The notes under the pieces are model-generated. The model saw only the letters and a list, made by a program, of their open reading frames with translations, was not told the DNA's origin and searched no databases. From contig JBGTHM010000081.1 in the NCBI GenBank assembly GCA_041746255.1, forward strand, positions 1-64,000: a stretch of DNA of 64,000 nt. Direction: 5' to 3'. Source of the stretch: Fibrobacteria bacterium (lineage in GTDB: Bacteria > Fibrobacterota > Fibrobacteria > UBA11236). Numbering within the stretch: position 1 is the stretch's first letter; each line of letters begins with the position of its first letter. The translations under genes and the position numbers were made by a program. This document shows positions 1-10,028 of this stretch, one piece after another.

Positions 1-3000
1 GGCTACTTCGCCGAAGCCCATGCCAAGAAACCGGCTTTGCTGGCCGGCAAACGCGAACCGATTATTGCGCTCCACGCGGCTAAAAATCACAGGCTTGCCG
101 GTGATTTGGCCGAAATCTATTTGCAGAAAAACGACGGCAACGATAGGGAAATCCTCAGAATACAGGTGGAAAGCTATAAGCAGATAAACGCTCCGCTTCC
201 CAAATTGAAGGCTGCGCTGGTCGCACAGAATAAGTTGGACGGGTCGGATTTGACCGTCCTGGAAGATTTGGCGACGGTGTATCAAAAGGAAAAAAACACG
301 AAAGCCTATCTGGAAACCCTTGAGAGAATTGTCCGACTGGACCCCGGACATAAGGATTTCCTTCTGCGTCTTGCCCGCGAAAAGGATCAGGGAGGCGACA
401 AGGCGGGAGCGCTTTCCCTTTACGAACAATGGGCGGTTCGACATCCCGATGACGAAGCTGGTCTCAAGGCTTATCATAACCTGGCTCGAGCCCAAAAGGA
501 CGTCACCCGGCAGCGAGACGCTTTGGAAATGCTGGTGAAACGGAAGGGATCCGATCCGCGCTATGCCATCGAGTTGGCGGAATTGAACTTTGCCCAAAAC
601 GGGGATTTGGGTGGGATAGAAAGACAGGTTAAGGCAGATCCCACTTGGGAGAAGGGCCGATTGATTTTGGTTCGCGAATACGTGAAGCAAAAGGATTTGC
701 AGAAGCTGCTTCCTCTGGAAATGGACTTGGCGGGTCTGGCTCAAAAAGATGCGCAATATCTGGAACCCCTGGCCGACGTATACGCATTGAAGAAAAACAG
801 TTCGCAGGCCAATGATGCCTATTTCGAATTATTGAAACGCAATCCCAAAAGCCGTCCGCTTTTCGACAAGGTTTATCGCTATTCCAAGGAAAACAATTCA
901 AGGCATCTGGGAGCGATACTGGCATTAGGCGTAAATTCTTTTGGAGAAGATGCCCAACTCAAGCGTGAATATGCCGGAAGCCTGGGTAAGACGCCTAAGG
1001 CGTTGGAAATATATGAGCAACTGCTTGCAAGTGATCCGGATAAAGCGCTGCTTAAAACGGCCCTGGATCTTGCACAAGAGTTGAAAGACGCGGCAGCCTC
1101 CGCTCGGCTCCTGGATAACTGGGTAAAGGAAGAACCTAGGGATGCAAAGGCGTGGGAACAAATGGTGGAGGTGCAAACCCGATTGAAGAACGAAACCCGG
1201 GTAAGGGAGGCGCTTGCCGTTCTTACGGAAATGTATCCGGATAGAAAAGACCTGGCGCTGCGATTGGGCGACTTACAGGAGCGGAATAAGCAGCCTGACC
1301 AAGCCGCGCTCACATATCGCCGTTCGCTCAATGCACATCCAAAGGACAAGGAGCTACAGAACAAGTATCTCCAGGCGGTACGGTCCCTGAATAAGAAGGA
1401 CGAATACCGGGAGGCCTTGGTCCAGGTCGAGTCGAATGACGCCACGGCGCATAACGCCCAATTTCAGCTGGCCCGGCTCTATCTCGGAGAAAAGGACAAG
1501 GAAAGAGCCTATGCCTTTTTGACGAAAGCTTTAAGTAACGAACCAAACAATTCTTCCTATCTGGATCTATTGCCGCTGGTCGTGGAAACCGACGGGCAAA
1601 TCGAGAGGCATTTCCCCCAATTGGAGGCCATGGCCCGAAAACCCGATGCCAAGCCGGAATTACTGGCCCTGGTGGCGCGAGGGTATAGTTTGAAGAAAAA
1701 CCCGACGGCAGCTGCGGATTATTATACCCAAGCCCATCGTAAAAACCCGACGCTGGTGGAAAAACAAAAGCAGCCGGTACTTGATATGTACGCAGCTCGC
1801 GCCTTCCCTTTATCGGCCGTATTGGCCGAGAAATATCTTGCCGGGGTGGATTCACGCGACGGGGAAATCTGGGAAATTTTGGTGAAAGCGACGGAGGAAA
1901 CGGATAAAACCGGACAACAGCTCCGCGCGGTGTTGACGCGTTTTGCGGTGGCCGATCCCGAGCGAGCCCAAAAATACATGATGAAATTGGCGGAATTGGA
2001 CTTAGCCCAGAAGGACACTTCCGCAGCCATTACCCATGCCCGGCGTTTCTTACAGGGGAATCCCGAATCGGTGGCGGGTTACCGGTTTTTGCTTCCCTTG
2101 GTTGCCGCCTCGAACGACCCGAATGGCCATGCTGAGGTATTGGGCCAACTGGCGCGCCTCGACAAATCCAATGCGGGTCGTTACAGCTTGGATTTGGGAT
2201 TGTTGGAATATCGTCGCAAAAATTACGCGGCGGCGAGGACGCATTTGCTCGAAGCCGCGAAAACGCAGGGATCCAATCCAAGACTTTGGTACGCGTTGGG
2301 CGTCAGTGATAACCAAACCAAGGAACCTGGACTGGGCGTGGAAAAATTCCGTAAAGCCTATGAATTGGAACCTGAGAATGAAACCTATGTCCGGGCCTAT
2401 GCACAATCCCTCAAGGAGCCCTCCGAACTCAAGGACAACCTGAAGGTTTTTCAATTTTTAAGCGGCAAAAATCCCAGCGTGGCGGAACGGTTGAAATTGG
2501 CCCAATCCCTTCATCTAAATGGCCAGTTTGCCGCGGCTGCGCGTGAATGGGATTGGTTGGTGCAAGCGGATCCGACCCTGCCGGAACGGATGCCGATGTT
2601 GGCCGAAAGCTACCTTAAGGCTGGGCAACCCGCCAAAGCCCGCGTGCTTTTTGAAAAGCAATTGGAGAAAGATCCCGGTAACCTGGATTTGATGGAGTTA
2701 TTGCTGGGTATTTATGTCCAGGAAAAAAACGCTGCCGGCTATCGGGCTATGCTGGAGCGAATTGTGCGAGGCGATCCTGAACGCAAAGATTATCAATTGA
2801 GTCTAGCCCGCGAGAAAGAGAAGGCAGGAGACCCGGTCTCAGCGCTCGACCTTTATGGACGGTGGGTGAGCCGTAATCGCGACGACCGGGCCGCTTTGGA
2901 GTCGATGCATAAGATTGCGGAAGCACGAAAAGATACAGCCCAACTTATCAACGCATTGGAAATGCTGGTGGGCATCAAGGGAGTGCCCGATACCTACGCT

Positions 3001-6000
3001 TTTCAATTGGCGGAAGTGGATTATGCGCGTACGGGCGATATTGAAAGAATCGAGAAACTCGTGAGAGCGAACCCTGGCTATACCAAGGGAAGACTAATCC
3101 TGGTCAATGTGCATTATTCCAAGCGGACCATGACACGGCTGGTTCCCTTTGAAGACTTTCTGGCCAAGGAGGCTCCTGCGCGACCCGAATTATTGGCTCC
3201 CCTGGCCGACCTGTACGCTTTTCTCAAGAAAACCCGTCAGGCGAACGACGCTTATTTTTCCTTGCTAAAGGCGAACGTTAAAAATCGTGGTATCTTCGAA
3301 AAAGTGTACGGATACTCCCTGGAAAATAACTCCCCTCATTTAACCGAAATCCTGAAGTTGGGTGCGTCCAATCACCCCGGTGATCTGGAAATCAAATTTG
3401 CCTATGCCGGAAGGTTGGGCCAAACAGCGGAAGCGCTTAAGCTTTACCAGGAAATAGTAACGGCTGATCGCAACCATTTGGAAGCCGTGAAGCGTGGCGC
3501 GCCCATCGCAGTCAAGCTGGGTCAACGTGATGCCGCAATTAATCTTTATCAGCGTTGGGCGGGCCTGGAACCGGATTCCAAGGAAGCCTGGACGCAATTG
3601 GCTCTTCTGTACGAACAGTCCAAGGATCATGCCAAGTTGGGTTCGGCCTATGAACGCCTTTTCCAATTGTCCCCCAAGTCGGACGATTTGGCTTATAAGT
3701 CTTCGATGGCGTACCGCGCAGCCAAGCAGAACGAGAAGGCCCTCGACCTGGTTCTCCAGGCTTCGCAGCTCAAACCGGCCAATATCGAATACCAAAGAGA
3801 TTTAGGATTGCTCTTAATGGCTACCGGAAAAACAACCCTGGCGAAGGAACCTCTTATCCAGGTTTCGAAATCGCGGGAGCATGCCCGCAACCCCGAGGTG
3901 TTAGAGGCTCTCTACCGTATTTACACAAGTGAAAACGATAAACCGAATGCCTACATGCATCTCTCTGCGTTGAATAAGGTGCAGCCGCGCAATAAGGCAT
4001 ACGCATTCACGGCTGCGGCCTTGGCGCAGGAATTGGATAAGCCCGCGGACGTAGTGTCCATACTCGAACATCCTGCCCTGCGCGATTCGCTTAATGCGGA
4101 CATGTCGTTTCTGCTGATGGGAGCCTACTTGAAAGCGGGGCAGAAAACCAAAGCGCAGCAACTCGCTCCGGTCCTGGCCAACCGCTTTCCCACGGAGGCC
4201 AAAACCTCTTTGCCACTGGCCATGGTATTTTTCGAAATGGGCGATAAGGCTAAGGCCAAACCGATTCTTATGTCCTTGGTTAAGACCTCTCCTTCCTTGG
4301 ATGCGTATTATTATCTCGGCTTGATCCGTTATGACGAAAAGAACTGGAAAGAGGCCATAGCCAACCTGGAAAAGGCGGATAAGGGAAAGCCTGAGGTTTT
4401 GGAACCCCTTGGCCGGGCCTATTCCGCAGCCGGCGAACCAAAGCGGGCAGCCGCTGTATTGGAAACCCTGTATAGCCTTACCAAAAAAGAGGGGCTCCTC
4501 AAGGACCTGTATTCGCTGTACAAGCAATCAGGCGACAGGGCCGGAGCTTTGCGCACCCTGGAAAGACTCGTCATCGCCTTTCCCAAGGAGGTGGAATACC
4601 TATACGATCTCGCTGTGGTCCATGAAGCGGGCGGCGACATGGTAAGAGCCGAGCCGCTCTATGAACAGATAGTCAAACTCGACCGCAAGCATGCGGGGGC
4701 CAGCATGAGCCTGGGTCTGAGCTATGCCCAACGTGGAGACTTTGCAAAGGCGCTTTCCCTGCTTGAAGTTGGCGTAGCCGGTATCCAACTTGATGCCATC
4801 GCTTGGAAATACCTGGGGCAAGCCTATGCGGAAGCGAAACGCCACCGAGATGCGCTCGGCGCGTTTCAAAAGGCCTTCACCCTCAATCCCAACGACTTGG
4901 AAGTGGCCGTAGGAAAGATGCAAGCCGCTTCCGCATTGAAAGCGGATAAAGAATTGCATGATGCTTATGCCGACGTCGTCCAGCTCGATTCCAACAATTT
5001 GGGAGCGGTATCGGGTCTGGTCGAGATTCGCTATGCTGAGAAAAAATTCGGTGAGGCGGCGGCTCTATACGGTCGCCTGGTTATGGCCGGCCAGACCACG
5101 GATAAACAGGTATGGGCCAATTTCGGATATTCCTTGTTGGAGATCAAGCGCTTACCCGAAGCCAAGCGAGCTTTGCAGGCTGCGGTCGATTTGGGTGAAA
5201 CCGATCCGAAGCTCATGACCTCTCTGGCGCGCCTCTATAAGGAGGAAGGCGATACGGATAAAGCCGAATCGGTTTTGCAGGGAATGGTGGATAAGAATCC
5301 TCGTAATCACCTCGCCTATTTCTGGTTAGGCCAGATAGCCATTGATCGTCAGCAGGAAGGCGTGGCCGAGGATTATTTCAAGAAGGCCATGAGACTGGAA
5401 CCGGAAAATCCCGATTATGTGGAAAGCCTGGCAGCCATGTATTTTGTGAAGGAAGATTTCCTCCAGTCGGCGGACCTGCTTCGACCCATTCGCGCCAAGC
5501 TCAGCTCCAAGGGCAGGATCATGTACGGTGATTGCCTGTTTCACCGTGGGCAGATTGATCAGGCCATGTCGGAATATGGCGAGGCCTATAAAAGCGATCC
5601 CTCGCCGGTGGTGCTGGCTCGCCTTGCCGACGCCCACATTCGCAAAGAAAAACCTCGCGAAGCCTTAAAGTTGGTGGAAGCGTCGAAATTCAAGGATGAC
5701 GTGCAGGTCCGTTTCGCAGCCGCAAAAGCTTGGGTCGCCTTGCGTGAAAATGATAAAGCCCGCGCCGAACTGGAATCCTTGCTTCGGCTGAACAAACATT
5801 TCGCGCCTTATTATTTCAATTTAGGCATGACCTATTACAATCAAAGTGATTTAAAAAAGGCCAGCCGGGAATTCGGACGGGCGTTGAAATACGACGCGGA
5901 CTATATGGACGCCGTTTTTTATACGGGAATGTCCCTGTTACGGACGAACAAGCCCGCCGATTCCCGGAACTACTTCAACGAACTTTCCCAGGATAACCGG

Positions 6001-6546
6001 CCTTCCTGGCGTGCCAAGGGATTTTATGGATTGGGAATATCGTTCGCTGCGGAAGGTAAGCCCGAAGCGGCGGAAAACTTTTTGAAAAAGTCGATTGAAG
6101 TGGTGGAAACTCCTGAAGCACTTGCGGCTTTGGCACGGGCGTACCTGAGAATGGGAAAACTTCCCGAAGCCGACCAGACCATTCGCCAGGCCCAGAAACT
6201 GGACGCAACAGCCCCATTGACGTTAGCCGCTGCCGCCGACGTGCTTTTGGCGCAGGAAAGGAAGAATGAAGCCATGCGAATCGTAAGGAGTGGGCTTACG
6301 GACAATCCACATTCCTGCGACCTGCTGATAGCTTCCGCCAAAACGAATCTGGCGATGGGTAATTTCGAAGCCAGCCGATCGAATAGCAATTTCGCATTGA
6401 CCATCTGTCCCGAGAATCCGATGCCTCATTATTTCATCGGACTGGTATCCGAGAAGAAATACGATAAAAAACAGGCCAAATCATCTTTCCGTACCTTTCG
6501 TAAACAAGGCGGAGAGGTTGAAATGATTCCAGCGGAATACCGTTGA
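1..6546 (+). CDS. Giant tetratricopeptide-repeat (TPR) protein, 5'-truncated by the window (more than 2180 aa)
   Basis: Frame 1 is open from base 1 (GYFAEAHAKKPALL...) to TGA at 6544-6546. It has dozens of TPR-like helical units (A..Y..AL..DP, LG..Y...G) and a large internal duplication. Confidence 0.9.
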   Translation, partial: GYFAEAHAKKPALLAGKREPIIALHAAKNHRLAGDLAEIYLQKNDGNDREILRIQVESYKQINAPLPKLKAALVAQNKLDGSDLTVLEDLATVYQKEKNTKAYLETLERIVRLDPGHKDFLLRLAREKDQGGDKAGALSLYEQWAVRHPDDEAGLKAYHNLARAQKDVTRQRDALEMLVKRKGSDPRYAIELAELNFAQNGDLGGIERQVKADPTWEKGRLILVREYVKQKDLQKLLPLEMDLAGLAQKDAQYLEPLADVYALKKNSSQANDAYFELLKRNPKSRPLFDKVYRYSKENNSRHLGAILALGVNSFGEDAQLKREYAGSLGKTPKALEIYEQLLASDPDKALLKTALDLAQELKDAAASARLLDNWVKEEPRDAKAWEQMVEVQTRLKNETRVREALAVLTEMYPDRKDLALRLGDLQERNKQPDQAALTYRRSLNAHPKDKELQNKYLQAVRSLNKKDEYREALVQVESNDATAHNAQFQLARLYLGEKDKERAYAFLTKALSNEPNNSSYLDLLPLVVETDGQIERHFPQLEAMARKPDAKPELLALVARGYSLKKNPTAAADYYTQAHRKNPTLVEKQKQPVLDMYAARAFPLSAVLAEKYLAGVDSRDGEIWEILVKATEETDKTGQQLRAVLTRFAVADPERAQKYMMKLAELDLAQKDTSAAITHARRFLQGNPESVAGYRFLLPLVAASNDPNGHAEVLGQLARLDKSNAGRYSLDLGLLEYRRKNYAAARTHLLEAAKTQGSNPRLWYALGVSDNQTKEPGLGVEKFRKAYELEPENETYVRAYAQSLKEPSELKDNLKVFQFLSGKNPSVAERLKLAQSLHLNGQFAAAAREWDWLVQADPTLPERMPMLAESYLKAGQPAKARVLFEKQLEKDPGNLDLMELLLGIYVQEKNAAGYRAMLERIVRGDPERKDYQLSLAREKEKAGDPVSALDLYGRWVSRNRDDRAALESMHKIAEARKDTAQLINALEMLVGIKGVPDTYAFQLAEVDYARTGDIERIEKLVRANPGYTKGRLILVNVHYSKRTMTRLVPFEDFLAKEAPARPELLAPLADLYAFLKKTRQANDAYFSLLKANVKNRGIFEKVYGYSLENNSPHLTEILKLGASNHPGDLEIKFAYAGRLGQTAEALKLYQEIVTADRNHLEAVKRGAPIAVKLGQRDAAINLYQRWAGLEPDSKEAWTQLALLYEQSKDHAKLGSAYERLFQLSPKSDDLAYKSSMAYRAAKQNEKALDLVLQASQLKPANIEYQRDLGLLLMATGKTTLAKEPLIQVSKSREHARNPEVLEALYRIYTSENDKPNAYMHLSALNKVQPRNKAYAFTAAALAQELDKPADVVSILEHPALRDSLNADMSFLLMGAYLKAGQKTKAQQLAPVLANRFPTEAKTSLPLAMVFFEMGDKAKAKPILMSLVKTSPSLDAYYYLGLIRYDEKNWKEAIANLEKADKGKPEVLEPLGRAYSAAGEPKRAAAVLETLYSLTKKEGLLKDLYSLYKQSGDRAGALRTLERLVIAFPKEVEYLYDLAVVHEAGGDMVRAEPLYEQIVKLDRKHAGASMSLGLSYAQRGDFAKALSLLEVGVAGIQLDAIAWKYLGQAYAEAKRHRDALGAFQKAFTLNPNDLEVAVGKMQAASALKADKELHDAYADVVQLDSNNLGAVSGLVEIRYAEKKFGEAAALYGRLVMAGQTTDKQVWANFGYSLLEIKRLPEAKRALQAAVDLGETDPKLMTSLARLYKEEGDTDKAESVLQGMVDKNPRNHLAYFWLGQIAIDRQQEGVAEDYFKKAMRLEPENPDYVESLAAMYFVKEDFLQSADLLRPIRAKLSSKGRIMYGDCLFHRGQIDQAMSEYGEAYKSDPSPVVLARLADAHIRKEKPREALKLVEASKFKDDVQVRFAAAKAWVALRENDKARAELESLLRLNKHFAPYYFNLGMTYYNQSDLKKASREFGRALKYDADYMDAVFYTGMSLLRTNKPADSRNYFNELSQDNRPSWRAKGFYGLGISFAAEGKPEAAENFLKKSIEVVETPEALAALARAYLRMGKLPEADQTIRQAQKLDATAPLTLAAAADVLLAQERKNEAMRIVRSGLTDNPHSCDLLIASAKTNLAMGNFEASRSNSNFALTICPENPMPHYFIGLVSEKKYDKKQAKSSFRTFRKQGGEVEMIPAEYR

Positions 6547-6550
6547 GGTA

Positions 6551-7468
6551 CTATGGGATATCGGTAGGACGGATTCGGCGCAACCGGGGATAGGACCAAT
6601 TGCCTTGCTCCGGGGATGCCTGCCAAGTGCGCAGCACGAATTCCTCCAGACGCCTTCGCAGGGTTGGAAGATTTTCCCTTCCTGCGATAAGCGGCGCCTC
6701 AAAGGCCACATGGACCACCCCCGTATCCATCAACCGGGCGGTGACGGGCACCACCCAGGCGCCTCTAAAAAGCATGAATTCCACCGGCTCCCAATTAAAG
6801 GGTCCAATAAGGCTTGGCGATACGGAGAGGACTCCGCCTTTCGCTCTGGATGTCTGGTCAAGCATTACAGCCAATACCTCACGGTTCCGTAAAATCTTTC
6901 TAAGTGCTAGGCCCGCCGAATCAGGTGGAAGAATCTTCGCGCCGAAACGCTCTCTCCCTTCACGCATGAACGCCGTAAGAATCCGTGAGAAAGCGGGAGC
7001 GGTCAGCAATTGCAGAATACGTCCGCTATCCATGGAGGCCGCGGCCACCCGATGCAGGAATTCCACCGGACCGAGGTGATGGCTGACCAGAAGCACAGGT
7101 TTTTGGGAGGACAGGGCTGAATTCCAATGTTGAAGACCGGAAACAGTATATTCCCCTACCTGGAGTGGTCTCCCGTGCAGTTGGAGATTCCGGTGAAAGA
7201 GGCGGAGGCGCATCCGATAATAGTCCCGTAGGTTCAGAGGCCGCGACCAGGGAGTCTGGTTCCACTTTTCCCGCAGCTTTTGCGCGTGAGCTTTCCGTAC
7301 CCTCAGGTAGAGTGGAAGCAGCGTAGTGCCGAGACTAAGGAGAATGGGCTTGGGAGTGATCCGAAAGAGGCGGAGCAAAGCCACGGCGGCATGCCCGGAT
7401 GCCTGCCGTAAAATGGACTCCCTGCCGACGGCAAGGTTGGATTCGTGGCCGAAGAAGCCTCGCTTCAT
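6551..7468 (-). CDS. Lysophospholipid / lipid A biosynthesis acyltransferase (LpxL/HtrB-like)
   Basis: HxxxxE-type motif (SHHLGPVEF), the LAVMLDQ motif and a C-terminal PEQGNW (P.QW.W-like) segment. Overlaps the upstream gene by 4 nt. Confidence 0.7.
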   Translation of the reverse strand: MKRGFFGHESNLAVGRESILRQASGHAAVALLRLFRITPKPILLSLGTTLLPLYLRVRKAHAQKLREKWNQTPWSRPLNLRDYYRMRLRLFHRNLQLHGRPLQVGEYTVSGLQHWNSALSSQKPVLLVSHHLGPVEFLHRVAAASMDSGRILQLLTAPAFSRILTAFMREGRERFGAKILPPDSAGLALRKILRNREVLAVMLDQTSRAKGGVLSVSPSLIGPFNWEPVEFMLFRGAWVVPVTARLMDTGVVHVAFEAPLIAGRENLPTLRRRLEEFVLRTWQASPEQGNWSYPRLRRIRPTDIP

Positions 7469-8856
7469 AGCAACAAGGCATTTCCCTCGGACCTTAGGGT
7501 GGAATGAGACCCGAGGCCCTCGCCCGCATAGGATGTCAGCGGGGAAATTTCCACGGTTTTGCCGGCAAGCGTTTCAGGGGAAATTCCCGCCGACAAGGCC
7601 CAACCCCGATGAAGTTGGGAAATCAGGTCGCGCGCGCTTGCGGGGCTGTCCACTCCTTCGGCATTTTTCACGGGCGCGAACTCATCTTCGCGGGCTACTT
7701 GCAAAATTGCCATGCCTTCTGCCTTGGGAAATAAATCGAACATGAATAATTCGAATTTCCATGCATTGGGCTCGGAGGGGATGACTTTCTCGCCATCTTG
7801 CCCCACATACGCGATTTTTTTATGTGCGGCATGATAGGGAAGCCCGGTGGTGGCATGTGCTTCTAAAAAATCCCGCCGGAAAAGATGCATGGCCGTATTA
7901 GCCGCGCCATAAAGAAGCTTACCCCCTGGACCCCGGGCGGCGGCCATCTCCGGAGTCATTTCCGAATATTCCAAAATGGAAGGCCGTCCGTTGCGGAGGC
8001 AGAATACCCCGACCTTTTCCTCTGGGTCGGTTTTTTCCACGGCCTTTCCCGCGGTAGCGAGGCCTGACTCGATGGCGAATCCGATGAAGGCGGGATCGGC
8101 CACGCGCGCCAAGGCATTGTCGACGCTGTAGAAGAAAAGATATTCCACGCCCCTGGCGCGCATATCCCTAAAGGCGCCGGACTTTTCCAGGGCGGAGAAG
8201 CAGCCACCGTTTCCGTTCGGACCCTGAGAGAGAATTCCTTTTTCCGCGAGCAATATTTTCCCCGCCGTATCCATTACCGGCAATACATCCTGTGTGAAGA
8301 AAAACACGTCGGCTTCGGGCAGGCCGAAAAAACGCCTGGTTTCGAAAAACGCCTTCGTCTCGCCATGATTGTCGGGGCTGGTCATGATATACCAGGGAAT
8401 CGGTTTTCCCGCCCGTCGCGAAAGATTGATCAGCCTTTCGGCCTGCAGCTGAAACAACGATTTACCTGAAGGGAGCCCGATATCGAACGTGCCTTTCGGA
8501 CCCGCATGGCCGAGCCGCGTACCTTGACCTCCGGCAACCAGCAACGCGCCTACGTGGCCGTCCCGCAGGGCGCGCATTCCTTTATTGGCGAAAACCGCAC
8601 GTTCGGCCACCGAGTATCCGGTCCAATCCCGCGCGTATAAGGGAGCTATGCTTTCGCTTTCCCGGGCTTGAGTCGGCATTGAGGCCATGGCGCGCAATGA
8701 CTTGAGCAAATCGAAATCAAGGGCGAGAATCTGCTCTACCAATAGGTGCTGTTCCGGTTCCGGCAGGGTAGGGTAGAAACGGAGCAAGTGCTCCTGCCCA
8801 TGGACTTTCACCAAGGATTCGGCTGCGGCATATCTTGCCTGTCGGCTGTCACTCAC
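7465..8856 (-). CDS. UDP-N-acetylhexosamine pyrophosphorylase (UAP1/UDPGP type 1 family)
   Basis: Motifs LLVAGGQGTRLG..GPKG, PWYIMTS, GPNGNGG, SVDNAL, EKVGV, LEYSE, KFELFMFD and EFAPVKN. Confidence 0.9.
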   Translation of the reverse strand: MSDSRQARYAAAESLVKVHGQEHLLRFYPTLPEPEQHLLVEQILALDFDLLKSLRAMASMPTQARESESIAPLYARDWTGYSVAERAVFANKGMRALRDGHVGALLVAGGQGTRLGHAGPKGTFDIGLPSGKSLFQLQAERLINLSRRAGKPIPWYIMTSPDNHGETKAFFETRRFFGLPEADVFFFTQDVLPVMDTAGKILLAEKGILSQGPNGNGGCFSALEKSGAFRDMRARGVEYLFFYSVDNALARVADPAFIGFAIESGLATAGKAVEKTDPEEKVGVFCLRNGRPSILEYSEMTPEMAAARGPGGKLLYGAANTAMHLFRRDFLEAHATTGLPYHAAHKKIAYVGQDGEKVIPSEPNAWKFELFMFDLFPKAEGMAILQVAREDEFAPVKNAEGVDSPASARDLISQLHRGWALSAGISPETLAGKTVEISPLTSYAGEGLGSHSTLRSEGNALLL

Positions 8857-8869
8857 GCGTGGCCTCCAT

Positions 8870-10021
8870 TCAACGCATCTTGAAGAATATCAGGCTGCAA
8901 ACCAACAAGGCGAGAATGGAGGCCAGGTGGAAGCGCCAGATTATTTTGGAATTGAGAGCCTGCTGGGAATCATACCTGCCTTTCCATTTCAATTGGAAAT
9001 GATGGTGCAAGGGCGCACGCAGGAAAAGCCGCCTTCCGGTTCCGCTTTTGCTGAGGCGGCGGGAAATTTTGAAACCTGATATTTGCATGACCACGGAAAG
9101 GGCTTCGGCGACGAAAACGATTCCCACTATGGGAAGAAAGAGTTCGATTTTAAGCAGAACGAACATCATGCCGATTGCGCCACCCAACCCGATGGAGCCT
9201 CCGTCTCCCATGTAAATTTCCGCGGGAGGGGAATTGTACCAGAGATAGGCCAATACCGACCCGATGATGGCGGCGCAAATGGGAAAAAGTTCGTCTCCGC
9301 CGGGCAGGTGGGGGATCAAAAAGTAATGCGCGAAGATGGCGTTTCCGGAAAAGTAGGCGACCACTCCGGCGAAAAGCGAGGTGGTAATGATGGGAACCGA
9401 AACCAGGCTGTCCAAACCGTCGGTGAAGTTTGCACCGTTCGCGCTGGAAGTCGTGACGAGACAAATCAGAAGTATAAAAGCCCAATTGGGGAGATGGGGA
9501 AACCAGATTTCCGGCTTGACGAAAGGTACGGTTATTTGTCCGGTGAGACCGGGAATGAATTTGTAGGCGAAAACCGCCACTAAAAGCGAGAAGGCCACAT
9601 ACAAGCCCAGGCGCAGACGAGCGCTGATACCATCCGCTTTTTCCTGGTAATCCGCTTTTGAAATTTTTCCCAATGCGACTAATCGCTTGTTGCGCACTTT
9701 GATGATGTCGTCGAAGCCGCCGATGGTGGCGTAGGCTCCCAATATCACCAAGGTTGACAGGGAGTATGCGTTCATTTTCGCGAAAAAAACCGAGGATACC
9801 ATTACCGAGGCCACCAGGAGAAACCCCCCCATGATGGGAGGAGGGGATTTGGAACCGATATTGAAATCGGCAGTGGCATCCAGACGTCGGAGGAAGCGGA
9901 TATACCAGGGCATGAGGAGGAAAACCAGCAATGCCGCCGTTAGGCAGGCGGCTCCCGCCCGGAAAAGCCGGTCGGTGAAAAGTGTAAGATTGGTGAGGTT
10001 GAAAAGGAATTCTGCGAACAT
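8870..10021 (-). CDS. mraY: Phospho-N-acetylmuramoyl-pentapeptide transferase-like protein (MraY family), divergent
   Basis: Multi-TM protein with P.MGG, GFDD..K, NFTDGLD, WYNSPPAEIYMGDGGS and LFLRAPLHHHF. Confidence 0.75.
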   Translation of the reverse strand: MFAEFLFNLTNLTLFTDRLFRAGAACLTAALLVFLLMPWYIRFLRRLDATADFNIGSKSPPPIMGGFLLVASVMVSSVFFAKMNAYSLSTLVILGAYATIGGFDDIIKVRNKRLVALGKISKADYQEKADGISARLRLGLYVAFSLLVAVFAYKFIPGLTGQITVPFVKPEIWFPHLPNWAFILLICLVTTSSANGANFTDGLDSLVSVPIITTSLFAGVVAYFSGNAIFAHYFLIPHLPGGDELFPICAAIIGSVLAYLWYNSPPAEIYMGDGGSIGLGGAIGMMFVLLKIELFLPIVGIVFVAEALSVVMQISGFKISRRLSKSGTGRRLFLRAPLHHHFQLKWKGRYDSQQALNSKIIWRFHLASILALLVCSLIFFKMR

Positions 10022-10028
10022 GCGTCAA

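Noticed and set aside
9150..10028. 292 aa alternative-frame ORF over mraY
   Set aside because: Arg/Pro/His-rich off-frame translation with no motifs. The mraY frame explains the region.
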